A DNA stretch of 62,207 nucleotides, the filler included, from Rhabdomonas costata (lineage: Eukaryota): NCBI GenBank assembly GCA_019059605.1. It is 20 parts of 20 records of this genome, joined end to end, with 100 filler letters (N's around TTAATTAATTAA, not from the genome) between each part and the next. Parts side by side here need not be neighbours in the genome. Positions count along the whole stretch, not along the records: positions 24,957 to 27,974 come from JAHMHO010001545.1; positions 28,075 to 31,088 come from JAHMHO010001546.1; positions 31,189 to 34,203 come from JAHMHO010001547.1; positions 34,304 to 37,317 come from JAHMHO010001548.1; positions 37,418 to 40,436 come from JAHMHO010001549.1; 15 more parts are not named here. One strand, given 5' to 3'. Both the position numbers and the translations under genes were made by a program. Position 1 is the stretch's first letter. Each line of letters starts with the position of its first letter. The notes under the pieces were generated by a model, which was not told the DNA's origin, did no database searches, and saw only the letters and a list, made by a program, of their open reading frames with translations. Shown here piece by piece: positions 25,034 to 37,590 of this stretch.

Positions 25034-27955
25034 TCATACCGAATGCCCCGGTCCGACCACGGGTGGTTCCGGAGAGCCCAGTTCCGACCCGGTCCCGTGG
25101 TGCGGGGAAGGGAGGCCCTCGGCCGCAACCTGCACGAACAGGGACTCCGGCATAAACTTCCTGTACTCTCTCAGGCTGCAGGTCAACGCGTTGAAGGCCT
25201 GGGTCAGGCTGTCCACCTCGGAAAAGATGAAGCGCGGGAAGGTTTGTACCTGCCCCAAGTCCATCGAGCACAGCAGCTCCACCTCTTGCACCATGCGGCG
25301 CAGGGGGGCGGTAAATAGCCGCACCAGGGCGACCGTCAACAGCTGAACTCTACAAGCGGCCCAGCAAACGTTAAGGTTAGGACACGACGAGCATGGTACT
25401 CACCACACAAACCAAATTTCCCAGTTTCCGCTTCCCAAGAGCCAGAGAGCCGAAGGCGAGCCGTTATAATTCCCTTGTTTCCGTCATCACCCCTTCTCAA
25501 ATAACAATGTGAGCGTGGTCACCCTACATCGGATTGACAAGACAAAGTTGGCATTTCGGAGGCGACGAAACAAGTGGGCAGGGATGGAGGTGGGCAAGGG
25601 ATGCGCCAATGACGGGGATGGGCCAAATAGCTATCTCCCCACGCTTCCACACAACTCGTTGCGGGCTCTGAGAAACCCTTGCATTGCAGCTTCAGAAACA
25701 GTGGGGAAAAAGAGACAAAAAGCCACACCCAGCCACAAGAAGCGTCCCCAGTCCAATCGCAAGAGACAATCCGTTGCCCAATGAGTTCCACATGGCAACG
25801 TTTGTGCCGACCACCACCATCCACTGCAAGTCCTGCAGTAGAAAAGCGGCAAGCGGTGGCGGGGCAAGGTGGCGTACAACGTTATACCTATATCAACATT
25901 ATGCGCTTTGAACCACAATGTGTGCTGGGAGTTGCTTTTTTCGAAAGTACGGTGAAATAGTTGGTTAAAAAAAGGGCGACGCAAGCGACGCTGTGGCACC
26001 TGTAAAAATAGCCACCAACAAGGAGGACTGACACACACGAGCAACACATAAGCCGACAATCAAGAGAACTCCGAACTCAACGAGGAAAGGAAAACAATCG
26101 CAACCACGTTGGCGAAATAAGGCACAAAACCTCAGCCAGAACCCCTCCCCCCGTCAACAAAATAGGTGCAAAAGAAGAAAAACAACACCTTATAGATAAT
26201 TGCTCGAACGTCAACGATATACCCGCCAACAGCACCAAAACTCTCTTGGCGGCCCATCTCACGAAAGGAAGCCCATTCGCCCACAGGGTCTGTCACGCCC
26301 CGAGAGATCGCCCGGATGGCCTCGCTGCTGGCCTCCACCGCCAGAACCCGCACCGCCTGCCCGCTGGGGGTGAAGGCAGAGACCATCTGCTGCCCAGCGA
26401 TGGAGCTGGCCAGGAGGTACCCCGTGTCGATCTCGACCAGGAAGGCGACGGTGCCCTCGAAGAGCGTGGCCGAGATCTGCAAGACCAACCNNNNNNNNNN
26501 NNNNNNNNNNNNNNNNNNNNNNNNNNNNNNNNNNNNNNNNNNNNNNNNNNNNNNNNNNNNNNNNNNNNNNNNNNNNNNNNNNNNNNNNNNNNNNNNNNNN
26601 NNNNNNNNNNNNNNNNNNNNNNNNNNNNNNNNNNNNNNNNNNNNNNNNNNNNNNNNNNNNNNNNNNNNNNNNNNNNNNNNNNNNNNNNGATGACAGCAGG
26701 CAAATGTAATTAAAGAAAGCAAGTTTCGCTCTACCAGCACAAAAACAGCGCATTGATGCTCTAGAGCTGGCTCACACACACACTCTCTCTGTGACTTGGC
26801 GATCACAATGACCCAGTCTGACCATTCGGACACTTTGGGGGGCGCTTTCTAAATCGAAACAACAATTTAGCTCACCTCTTTTAAGAAGTCGTCCAGGTGA
26901 TCGACTGTGCACTGGCTTCCAGCAACGGCAGTGAGCTCACCAATGGACGACCTCACAGGGGCCACCACTGGCAGGGCCAGGGAGACCGAACCGACACCCT
27001 CTGACGGCACCAGAGAGGCATACACAGGGGCGAAGGTCACGGCCTTGCTTGTCTTCGCGGCACTTTGGTACCACAACTGCAGAAAAAGAACAGCGCACCT
27101 TTCTCCCACTTGGTTCTATGAAAAACTATTGCTCGTCGTAGCCGAAAGGGAGTGTAGTGCCCAATGCTTTAATAAGCCTTCCTAAATCAATTCACCCTTG
27201 ACGGTTGCCAAGAAGTTGTGTTTCCAGGAAGTTTCAGCAGAATTTGGAGAGCTTTGGAATATACTCTCGAACTAAAACAGAGAGGGGGTTCAGGCACCCA
27301 CCCACCCACACGCACACACAAAAATGGGGGGAACGCCAATACTTTGTCCTGACAGTTAAGATCAATCAAAAAGGAAAAGGTTGTGCAAGTCTCCAGACAC
27401 CTGGAACACCCTTGGTACACAGATCTTTTAAAGAATTGAGGTTGGGGGTGGGAAGAAATGTACCCGAGCAGAGGCGTTAAACAGCTCGCTGCTCAAACTG
27501 ATCTCCCCGATCCTGCTCCGCCACAGGGCGTCGCTCCAGAGGATCACAGTGGTACACGCTTCAGAGCTGCCTTGAAGTCCGACGGTCGAGGAGACACTGC
27601 TATTATGGCAGCTGGCGGGTATAGCCCGGGTGGCTGGGAAGCTCCCAAAGCGAAAATTCGTCGTCGCATCGCTGAGGTCCCAGAACAGAGCTCCTGTGGC
27701 AACGTCCCTGTCCATGGACAAAACGTTCCCATTGGGAAGCCCGTAGTAGAGCCCCGTGAGTCCACTGCCTGCCAGCGCAGACATCGCCAGGCCCATCTGC
27801 TTGCGCAGGTCCAGGGGAGTGGGATCCGCTGCGGAAATAGAGAACGGCCGTTCCATAGCAGATGTTCTCTTGAGCAAGGAGAAACCAAGCTTTGGACTCC
27901 ATGATGGACATCTGCCAGATGTATTCAGTACCATCACCTCACTCACCAGAGCCAC
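25034..27955 (-). CDS. Cache-TM-HAMP receptor, probably a receptor adenylate/guanylate cyclase (catalytic part outside the contig). Exons ~27955-27464, 27076-26876, <=26490-26285, ~25345-25040
   Basis: LYYGLPNG, LWYQSAA..APVY..SLALPV..GELTAVAG..LDDFLK and AFLVEIDTGYLLASS (Cache-like); TM end plus HAMP TAPLRRMVQEVELL..SEVDSLTQAFNALTCSLREYRKFMPESL, the typical linker before class III cyclases. Confidence 0.72.
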
Positions 27956-29037
27956 CCCACAACACCAAACCCCCNNNNNNNNNNNNNNNNNNNNNNNNNN
28001 NNNNNNNNNNNNNNNNNNTTAATTAATTAANNNNNNNNNNNNNNNNNNNNNNNNNNNNNNNNNNNNNNNNNNNNGGGTTTGTGTGACATGGGTACAGAGT
28101 TGACCCCTACGAAGGCTGGCAAGAGAGAACCTGAGCACTGCCTCGTGCCAGCCTTTCAAGCAACTGCGCGTGCATGTGCATGGGTGGGTATGTGCGTGCG
28201 ATCATGAGCCGAATCTTAACCCCGGCACAAGAACATCCAGCGAAATGAGTCGCCACCACCACCACCAGATGAAGACGAACCATGCAATGCCGAAGAGGTT
28301 ACCTGTTGAGGCTGCCTCGGGGCCGCACAGCACATCCTCGGCAAGCCTATGGGAAAATCGAGCCTTAGTCCAAAGCAAAAAAAAATAGAAAAAGAATAGA
28401 AAACGCAACTTTTGGCTGACTCTCCCTCAGGATAATGCAAACGCAACCCAATGCATTCGGCCAAATACTTAATATTCTAGCCACCCTCCTCGCATCACTT
28501 TGTTTCTGTAAAAGCGGGAGGGAATAATTTCTGAGTGTAATAATATTTCTTTCGGTTGTCGCGGCCGGTTGAAGTTGTGCTTTTCCCATCCCCTTCTTGT
28601 GAGTTGGTAATTGCCCTCTCGTCGTAACCCTGAGCACTCCCCGCGCCGCAACGCGGGAAGCAAGGACCCATTTATGCACCTCTTTTGTGGACACGTGTAT
28701 TCGAATTACTGCTTGCAGCTAGGGGTGCATGTCACTGCCAAATCTGAGACGTTTTGATAATCAACGGAGTTTTTGCGGGGTGGGGTCACAATAAATATTT
28801 CAACACCACCTAGCTCGTTATTTCCCATATTCGCATATTGAATGTTGGCAGCGAAATGGAGGGCGGCGGCTTGATGCAATCGAACGCTTAACTTTTTGGC
28901 CTGTTATCAAAATATACTTGGTCCTGGCGATCTTAAGGGTCGAAGTGCGGACTTTTCGCGGCAAGGATGCCGCAAGTGGGTCAGGTGTGAGTGTGTGTGT
29001 GTGCATGCGCCAATTTGAGAGGTGCACGACACACGAC

Positions 29038-30315
29038 CTAGCGGTGTAGTGCCTCGACAGCAAGGCGGCCAGGGTTCCGTCCAGGGCCTCACACACCGTC
29101 GGGAGGTGCTCAAAGGGGCCACGGCAGAAGGGGCAGCACGAGCAAGGACCATACCCGTTCATTGACCTTTGACCCCACATCCCCACTAAATCACCTCGGT
29201 CACCACCGTGGTGCGTCAAATCTCATGTACATCTTTCGTCAGACCCCTTTCTGTTTGCACAACCTTCGATTTCATCTCAGACGCAGCTCTTCATCGGCTT
29301 AAACTCATAAAGTTTCCCAAATTAACACCACGTGACACCGTAAACTCAGAACACATGGTTTTTGAATGCAATAACATCAGAACGTTTGAAACATGTCAGA
29401 TGCATGAGTGCCAGCCTAGCGGCATTTTACAGCGTTCCCTTCAACATTGTACCACACCTTCTAACATAGTAAACTCTTAGGTTCAGGATATAACTTGCAG
29501 CACTAATTCCGGCTATCCCCCATGTTCGATCAAAACGCCTTGCAATCAGAAGCTGAAGACATTAGGGTGAGCTAGTCGTGCGCCCCCCCCCGTAATACGG
29601 CACCCCCATGAAAAGGGAAAACCAGCCAAAACCCTCAGAAAGCGTTATACAGTACGTTACGCCGGAAACTCAGAATCACGGAATTCTTGGTTTTTTCTTC
29701 AGGGTTATGCTCCCCAAGCAGAAAAACCTAACCATCAGAGTACCAAACTCTACACAACCCGCATGCGTGATGTGCCAGCATTCCCGCTGGGTGCAAAAAT
29801 CGAAATTAGCAACACAAAACAAGACCTTTCCTTGATTTGGGTACGAGCCAAGATGGCAGGGGGAGTCGCAGGGGACCATATGATCATCCTGCTGAAGACG
29901 ATGGCTATTATATGGGGTCTGACGACTCCAGTTCGAAACACGCCGCATACGTTCCTCTGAGTTTCGGGGTGTAACTACCCTTGTATAGGAGGCACTGCAC
30001 AGCACACCCAGCTGGTGTTAAACAAACACAACACTTGGGAAGGAGACAACATCCCCAATCCGCGTGCTGGAAGAAAACACCAGAGAGAGAGAGAGACCTG
30101 AACAAACACGTTCGGCAGGCTGTGTGGCCACACAGCAAGGCCACGGGCCGGCACAGCAGCTCAAAGCAGATTCCACACTGCAGGACCCCTCCCGAGCCCA
30201 CCCATGGGGCGGGTGGACCCTGGGACACCTCGGAGGACGAGGTCGAAGGCTCCGTTGGGGTTGTTGAGGAGACAGCAGCGGAGGGGGCCCGCTCAGATGG
30301 ATCACTAGATGCCAT
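29038..30315 (-). CDS. C3HC4 RING E3 ligase, PRT1-like N-terminus; exons 30315-30098 and 29166-29038
   Basis: Spliced LQCGICFELLCRPVALLCGHTACRTCLFRSMNGYGPCSCCPFCRGPFEHLPTVCEALDGTLAALLSRHYTAR. Confidence 0.8.
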
Positions 30316-31221
30316 CTTCTTCAAAGGCAAAAACACAAATCAAAGAGTTTTTCACACGTCACAAGGAACACATCCTTCCTAAAAAGAAAAGGATGGTACA
30401 TCGGCAACAAACTAATGCAGAAGGAAGACCGCCCTAAAAATGGGTAGACGTCCCAAAGCGGCGCGGTTCTTCTCGCCACTCCCCGTGTCTAACAGGAAGA
30501 AAAGACCCCTGGTAAGAGCATCGCTGGGACCACAAAACCAAAGCCCCCGCACCAGGAGATTGTTGAGTGATGAGTGAAGTGTTCGTGCAGGTTAATAGTA
30601 GCCTCCTTTCGGAGAGGTGAAGAGCCGAGTACTGTAAATCATTCAGGGACCCCACCACCAAACGAGAGTGGGATAACAATGGGACAATTGCAACGATTAC
30701 GTTTGGACATGACAAAAAAGACGAAAGATTTTCCAGCAAGAAGGCCAGAACACTCGTGAACGATGTCGGTGTGAAGAGAGGACCCCTCATTGTTCAACGC
30801 TGATGACTGCAAACGTAGCTCACGACAAAAATCAGTGCCAGTCTCTATGAGCTACTTCATTACGGACATCTGCTTTGCAAGGGCTCGAGGCTGACAACTG
30901 CCTGACCTCAGTCCCAACCGGATTAACGTCGAAGAGACGATCAAAGACGCCCCCGAGATCGACCCACACTGTGCAAAAACGAACATAAGGCAAAGTGTAA
31001 TGCCCCCACCTGCCGCGCATTGGCACATCCACGCGCGTGTGCACGACATACGGGAGCCTCTCGTGGTCCTTCACACACACACCACCCCNNNNNNNNNNNN
31101 NNNNNNNNNNNNNNNNNNNNNNNNNNNNNNNNTTAATTAATTAANNNNNNNNNNNNNNNNNNNNNNNNNNNNNNNNNNNNNNNNNNNNATTGATTTTTTC
31201 CTTCCCTGCCTCCTGTGCCGC

Positions 31222-32691
31222 GCAGGTACAGCGGGGTTGTGGGCAGGTTGTTGGTGGGAATCTTCGGCGCAGCGAAGTCCAGAAGAGGCTGCAGAAGGCT
31301 CGCTGCACACGGAAAAAGCGGCAACGGAGTAAAGGCGGCACAGGAGGCAGGAAAGGAAAAAATCAATAAAAATAAAACGGATCCAAAATCGGCAAAATTG
31401 AGCATCTATGCTCTTCCCCTCAAGGGGTATTGTTGGAAGAAAATCTGAGTAAAAGCAGGGTCTTTCTCGGCATTGACTTTTTCGAGGATAGGGAGGTGCT
31501 ATTGAAGGCATAAGCAATGTAACCGCATAGTTGCCAGCTTTTGCCAACTTTTGACAATTTTCCGGGCACCTTTGGCCAAAATGACCACTCTTTCAGTTCT
31601 CCTGGAGACTGCACAAGCGAGCAAGGCGAGGTCAGGTTGCAGTAAAGAAGTTCTGAGGGAGGACTATGTCCTGGGGTCCAAGGGGGCACTAGGCAGTGAG
31701 TCCGAGAAAGATCTGGAATTGTTCGGCTTTTTTTCTCGCGAAATTAACAGTACTTTCAATTGAGTATTATTGCATTGTCCGCGATAGTGATGGTGTTTCT
31801 GCGTGTTAAGTGGCTCAGCTGAGTAAATCACATGGACAATTGACCCAGGACAATCGTGAAGCAAATACTTCCCATGCCCGTAAAAGGATGTTGCTTTGCC
31901 ACTGAGAACTAACCGTAATCTGGACCATAACAAGCGCAACGGTTAAGCTCTTCGCTTGTTTTTTAAGAGTTTTTGAAGCCCCTAAAAAATACATGTCGTT
32001 TTCACCTTTTTTTTAAACGAATTCCATTCCATTCCAAAGTGTTCTCGTAATTTTTTACATGTGGGCGGGTGCATGGGGTGGGGGCTGAGGCTCGGACCGA
32101 GAGTAGTGGTGTCCACAGCTGGGCCAGCGGTGAGGACGCTGGAGATGCCCGGGGTGGTAGTAAGGGTCCACGGGGGCAGCCCCACGGGGCCAGGGAAGAC
32201 TTTCGGGAAGGCCTGGGTACTGGTCAGGGTGTTCCACTCGTAGACGTACACCGTGGTCTGCAGCGCGCCGGCGTCGATCACAACACTGTTTTGTGGGGTG
32301 CAGAAAAATGGAGAGAAAGTGGGTGCGTGGGGCAGTGTTAGCATTTGTTAACACCATCCTGTCAGCGCCTGCTACAGATTAGTAAGAGACGGGGCGGGGG
32401 AAGTTGCTGACGACTGGAACGTAATGCTTCTGAAGCACTGGCGAGAAGGAGTGAGGCAAGGAGTGGGAGCCACGTGTTTCCAGCAGTAGAGGCAGCAATA
32501 CTAGGACAGCCTCTGTGCGAAACCGTGCTGAAAAATATAGAAAAATATAGATTCGCATGCCCGTAGCTCACGTAGAAGGGCGTCAGTGGGGCCCCATCCG
32601 CTCCCCGGGCGCCCAGCAGAGCGAGCCCCACAAGGCAGACCATCACCGCACGCGCCATGGTGCCACCACGGCACCCCTCAGCGAAGCCCAT
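31222..32691 (-). CDS. Secreted/membrane GDA1/CD39 (apyrase/NTPDase) family protein, N-terminal exons
   Basis: Signal peptide MARAVMVCLVGLALLGARG; ACR1-like SVVIDAGALQTTVYVYEW; TPGISS; LLQPLLDFAAPKIP..TPLYLR (ACR2 approach). Confidence 0.82.
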
Positions 32692-33830
32692 CGCTCCAAG
32701 CAGCTCCGATGTGCAAGGTTTTTTTTGAGAAAGATGGGAGAGAAGAGAGAGAAAGAAAAGCAACTCGCGAAACTGTCAAGATCCTAGTGAGAAAACAGGC
32801 ACCAAGATAAACGCGGAGTGGGGCTCAGGAAACTGGCTCAACTGCATTACGGAGGTGTGGGCAGTGGCCAACCTCAGAATACTGTCGATGGCAACGTGCC
32901 TGGGGTTTCAAAAAGGTCTCCAAGCCATTGAATCCGTTCACAAATACTACGGTACGGTTTTGATCAAGGCATTTTAACAGGGGGTAGAACCACAACAGGC
33001 TAAGAGGGGCTTCCTTGTCAACCCCTCAGAAAGAGATGGAGAGCAGAAAGCCTCGGTCGGCGAAGGAGACTCACCGCTGCTCGGCTTTGCATCCGAGGCT
33101 TGGGGAAGACAGGGCGATGCCGGATTTCAGGGCCTCTCGATCGCCAATCCCTCAACGGCCACCCGAACGGACCCAGAAGAGGTCCCACCAGCCTAAACGC
33201 AAAAAGTAGGACATCTAACACATACCTCTGAGACATACTTCTAAAAAGAACACGACCATATGCACAGAGCTTCCTCGTCAGATCGCCGCCGACATCAGAA
33301 ATTATTCATAGAACATCCTGTCCCTATCCCAGTGGCACAGAAGAAGCTTTTTCAGTCAAAGGAAACACGGAAGGCTTTCCCGCACGCAAACGGAGCCGAT
33401 GTTCGTCCAAGCAAGGCGTGCGCCATCTTGGGTCCCTAAAGCTCCACAGCGGACACGGACAAAGGCCCCAAACGCAAAACCCACGAGCGGAAAAAAGGGT
33501 CACAGGGCACGAGCACGGACGCCACCACACAGCACAAGCGCAGTATGCAGAACCATAAGGACGAGAAGAGAGCGAGCGAGCGAGAAGAAGTACGGAGGAA
33601 AGGAGACAGTTTCTGACAGTAGAGTCCCCAAAGGTTGAAGCCCAAAGATGGACATGGGGGCATCGCACCCACTCACCCGGAAGCAGGTGGGGGCATCTGT
33701 ACCCTGAACGCCCTTCCTTCTGTTGACACCCCAACACCCCTGTTCTTTGCACCAGATGGGAAGGAGAAGTGAGTGGGGAGGGAGGAGCGATGCCACCAGC
33801 AGGGACGCTAACCCCTCTAGACCTGATCCC

Positions 33831-33863
33831 GTTACAAGTTACGTTACGTTACGTTACAAGTTA
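33831..33863. repeat. GTTAC pentamer repeat
   Basis: GTTACAAGTTACGTTACGTTACGTTACAAGTTA. Confidence 0.85.
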
Positions 33864-34593
33864 ATGTCAAAAAGCAGCACGCTGGGGACACAGCTGCGGC
33901 ATGCCAATCACTTCATAAGTCGACCTTATTATATACTGGAATTCACAGATAAGGTATTTATCATAACGGCCAAAGGCAGGACATGGACGGGCCACGATAA
34001 TCCATAAGAGCCCCTTTTAATGCTGATGCGCGACGAAACCTATCATCGCATCTATCCTGTTGATATTGATGGTCCATCGCCCAAGACGCAAAATACAAAA
34101 ACCATGAAATCTCCAAGCATCCGATCAGTTCCTGGAGAGGCCTGGAAGTAGATAGCATTTCCGGCACCTGCCTCACGAGCATCGTACTTCGCCACCCCCC
34201 CACNNNNNNNNNNNNNNNNNNNNNNNNNNNNNNNNNNNNNNNNNNNNTTAATTAATTAANNNNNNNNNNNNNNNNNNNNNNNNNNNNNNNNNNNNNNNNN
34301 NNNGTGGTGTGGGGGGGGTGCCTGCCACAAGGTCAGCAAATACCCCTATGGGTAAAAAGGAAAACAGTGACCGCAAGACGGGTATCTGATAACATACGAC
34401 GCAAAGAAAAAACCAAAAATGGTCGAAAAAAACCCAGCAAGTGAATAGGATTGATGCCACTTTTGAAAATGGCCACGGAGGAGGGCTGCCGGCATGCCAA
34501 ACTGACACAGAGGGGATGGGCCAATCCGAAGCAATACGAACTGCTCAGTAAACGAAAACCTCAGTGTCATGTCTGCCTTGAACATGCACACAC

Positions 34594-34704
34594 GCAAGTC
34601 CACACCGCGCCGCAGCAGCAGCTCCACCACCCTCCGGTGGCCTTCCTGGCAGGCAGTGTACAACGGGGCACACCCGCTCGCCTTGGGCTGGTCAATGACG
34701 GCGC
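34594..34704 (-). CDS. Ankyrin-repeat exon
   Basis: AG/GT-bounded GAVIDQPKASGCAPLYTACQEGHRRVVELLLRRGVD matches the ANK consensus. Confidence 0.85.
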
Positions 34705-36081
34705 CTAAGGAACCGTTTGTGCTTGTGTGCAATGAGAAAGCTGGGTGAACACCTTCTCCCCAAAATACAACTGAATAGGCCGAACTGCAGGTTTCCTTCC
34801 AAGGCACCAGCGGGATTCCCGACCGAAGAGACTCCCACTTTCCGTCACACCTCCATACATCACGCAGTAATATGCTGCCGACAGAGTGTCCTTAACTGCG
34901 CCCGTGAGGAGGCTACACACCAGCGTTCCCTCGGGGCGCTAATGTCAATTTGCCATCCTCACACAATTACTTTGCACCACCACGTTGGACGACACGCGGG
35001 TGTGCTTCTGCTGAAAACACACAATCTCGAACACCAAGAGAAACAACGAAAGGCACAAAATTACGAGTGCACGCAACAAAAAAAAAGGAGTCTGGTGTGA
35101 TGAAACCATCCATAGAGCAGAACAGCGAGCATATCCAGTGGTCAATCATGAAAAAGGAGACAAAACCAAAACGATCCGAACACTGCGGCAAGGGGGTACT
35201 AACTCAGGCCACAGACAAGCCCCTTCAGTTGCGGTGAGCAACAACGCGAAAACACGCACAACACAAACGGGAAATACAAGTGCACAAAAGGAGTGCAATA
35301 CAAAACCCCAAGGAAATTATGAGATGCACACAGGCGTAGTGCAAACAGTTTGAGTGGAAACTGGAGAGTAACCACCACTCTAAAAAGATGAAGGAATGCA
35401 CATAAAAACTAGGAACACAGCGAACCAAAATTACATGGGGTTCCCCAGAAAAAACCAAAATAAAAAGTAAATCGGCGAACGGCAAACGGCAATGGAATGC
35501 CCCGACTCATCCAACACATACCCTCGCACAGCTAACCGCCCTCACCTCAACAGTTACAACGTCATGGACAACGGGAAAGCAAAAGTGCACGCGGGCATAT
35601 GTAGAGCACCGACAGTTTTCCAAGAAATCTGGTGCTCGAAAGAAGCGGTTTGCCACAACCGGGGGGGGGGCATACCACAAATGATTCGACATCCCTACAC
35701 AAACGGCGTCCCTTCAGCATATGACAGGAATGCAAGCCCACACAGGACTGCAAAGCAGGAAGAACAGCGGCAATTGTCCTTGCTCTTCATCCAATAGGCT
35801 TCGGCCTCCCATACGGCTCCGCCTCAGCGGAAATCATAGAAGCACAGCCACTGACCACACCAGAAAGCCAGAATACATCGACCCGCAGCCTCGCGAAAGG
35901 GCGAAAGGGTACTACCTCAATACCTCAAAAGGATAAACAGCAACGCAGCACCCAAGGACATTAAAAAATGTTTTCGTAGCCACACACGCAATCACAGAAA
36001 CAGGCGCGGATATTGTGAAGCGTGTACATCCGCACAGTGGCAGTGGTCCAAGAGAGAGTATGGCCATTCACAGGAAATACA

Positions 36082-36687
36082 GGACTATGGACTCCTTTTC
36101 CCCCCACCCCACCCCACACTGCTATTCACTTTTGAGTAGCGGCGCTATTCACGTGATGAATAGCGTTAGCCACTCAAACATGCGCATATAAATGCGCGCA
36201 TAAATGTTTTCCATCACCTTTGTCTCTTCCATCTAACAGAAGCTTAGGCGAAACTGGCGCTCAGGTGTTTGGCTCAGGCCGCGCCGCGGCTGGCTTCGCC
36301 GCCGCGACACTGCCTTGCGCGAAAATTATGTCCCAGGGGTTCCGTGATCGCGTGGAAGCGTTTTACATATGGTGTTGGGTACATTCTCTCATGCACTTTT
36401 GTCAAGTTGCTCTCATTTGAGCTCTGTTTCACACAGGTACCCCCGCAATTGCAACAGAAGGCCAGCACGGGGTTAGGAGGGGACGGGGTGTGCCCAGCAC
36501 TACGCTTAAAACGCCTCCATGCGATCACGGAACCCCGTTAGGTCCATTCCGAAGTTTTTGCGCAGCGGACGCTACTCAGCCGTGAGTAGCGAACACTACT
36601 CGTGAATAGAGTTCACTATTCATGAGTGAATACCGTAGGGAAGGGCATGAATAGCGGGAGGGAGGGGGGACAAAAGAGTCCAAGACC
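36082..36687. mobile_element. MITE-like non-autonomous element with a nested ~200-bp inverted-repeat element (36336-36536)
   Basis: Outer imperfect TIR TGGACTC(C)TTTT-CCCCC..GCTATTCA with repeated GCTATTCA/TGAATAGC/GAGTAGC subterminal motifs at both ends; inner 29-bp TIR GGGGTTCCGTGATCGCRTGGARGCGTTTT. Confidence 0.65.
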
Positions 36688-37499
36688 GAAGCAAAGTGAA
36701 AGAATGGCCAGTCAAAAAATGCTCTTCCAAAAAGCTCATACGCTTACCATAAGCAAGCAAAACAAAACTGAAGAAAGCCATTCATAATAAGGAGAGACCT
36801 CTAAAGAAGAAGTTCAGTCTCACGCTTTTCTGAGAGAAAGCGGGGAACTCTCAGGTTTCACCCCCTGCAGGATCTGGATCGCAAGTCAAGGGAATGTGCG
36901 CCCCTCCATATGCAATTAAAAATGGGAGAAAATATAGAGACGGATGCAATACAAGATAAATAATGGCATTGAGGCGTACAGAGGCAACACGTCAAAGAGA
37001 AAAGAATATCCCTCTTCGACAAGAAATCACAAAGGCAGTCATTGCAACAAGGCCAAAGAAAAAAAAATGGGGGGGGGCACCCCCAAAGAACGCGAGAGGG
37101 CCCCCGCAGCCTCTCCCCACGGCCCCCGCCAGCCAAGCGGGTCCGTCTCAGCCCGGGAACCTTGGGGCCTACCACACAGTGACCGACCGGCCCGTCCCCT
37201 CTGCCGTTGCAGAATTAGGCTCCACGGCGGGCACAGAGCGCCGAGTTCGCCCCACGTACCCACTGGAGAGCTTGAGGGAAAGACCAACCACCACAGAAAA
37301 AGAAAGGCAAAAAAAAANNNNNNNNNNNNNNNNNNNNNNNNNNNNNNNNNNNNNNNNNNNNTTAATTAATTAANNNNNNNNNNNNNNNNNNNNNNNNNNN
37401 NNNNNNNNNNNNNNNNNGTTGTGTTGGACAGTCAGTTTAGCGGCTCTGTTTCAAACAGATAGTCTAATGGCGGCGGCGCGGCGGCGAATGAAAGTGAAC

Positions 37500-37590
37500 G
37501 TAAGTTGGGCGCAACGTCCTAGTTTTTCGAAGCCGCAGGCTTCGTAAAACTGGGACGGTGCTCCCAACTTACTATACTACTACTACTACT
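37500..37590. repeat. 35-bp-stem hairpin with a GCA triloop followed by (CTA)n
   Basis: GTAAGTTGGG..CGAAGCC-GCA-GGCTTCG..CCCAACTTAC, four mismatches. Confidence 0.85.

Noticed and set aside
31189..31367. 33-bp inverted repeat flanking the apyrase exon, and the apparent GTGG ACR2 variant/GC donor
   Set aside because: The arm sits at the contig start and copies intron sequence 150 bp away; probably a foldback chimera, so these codons are unreliable
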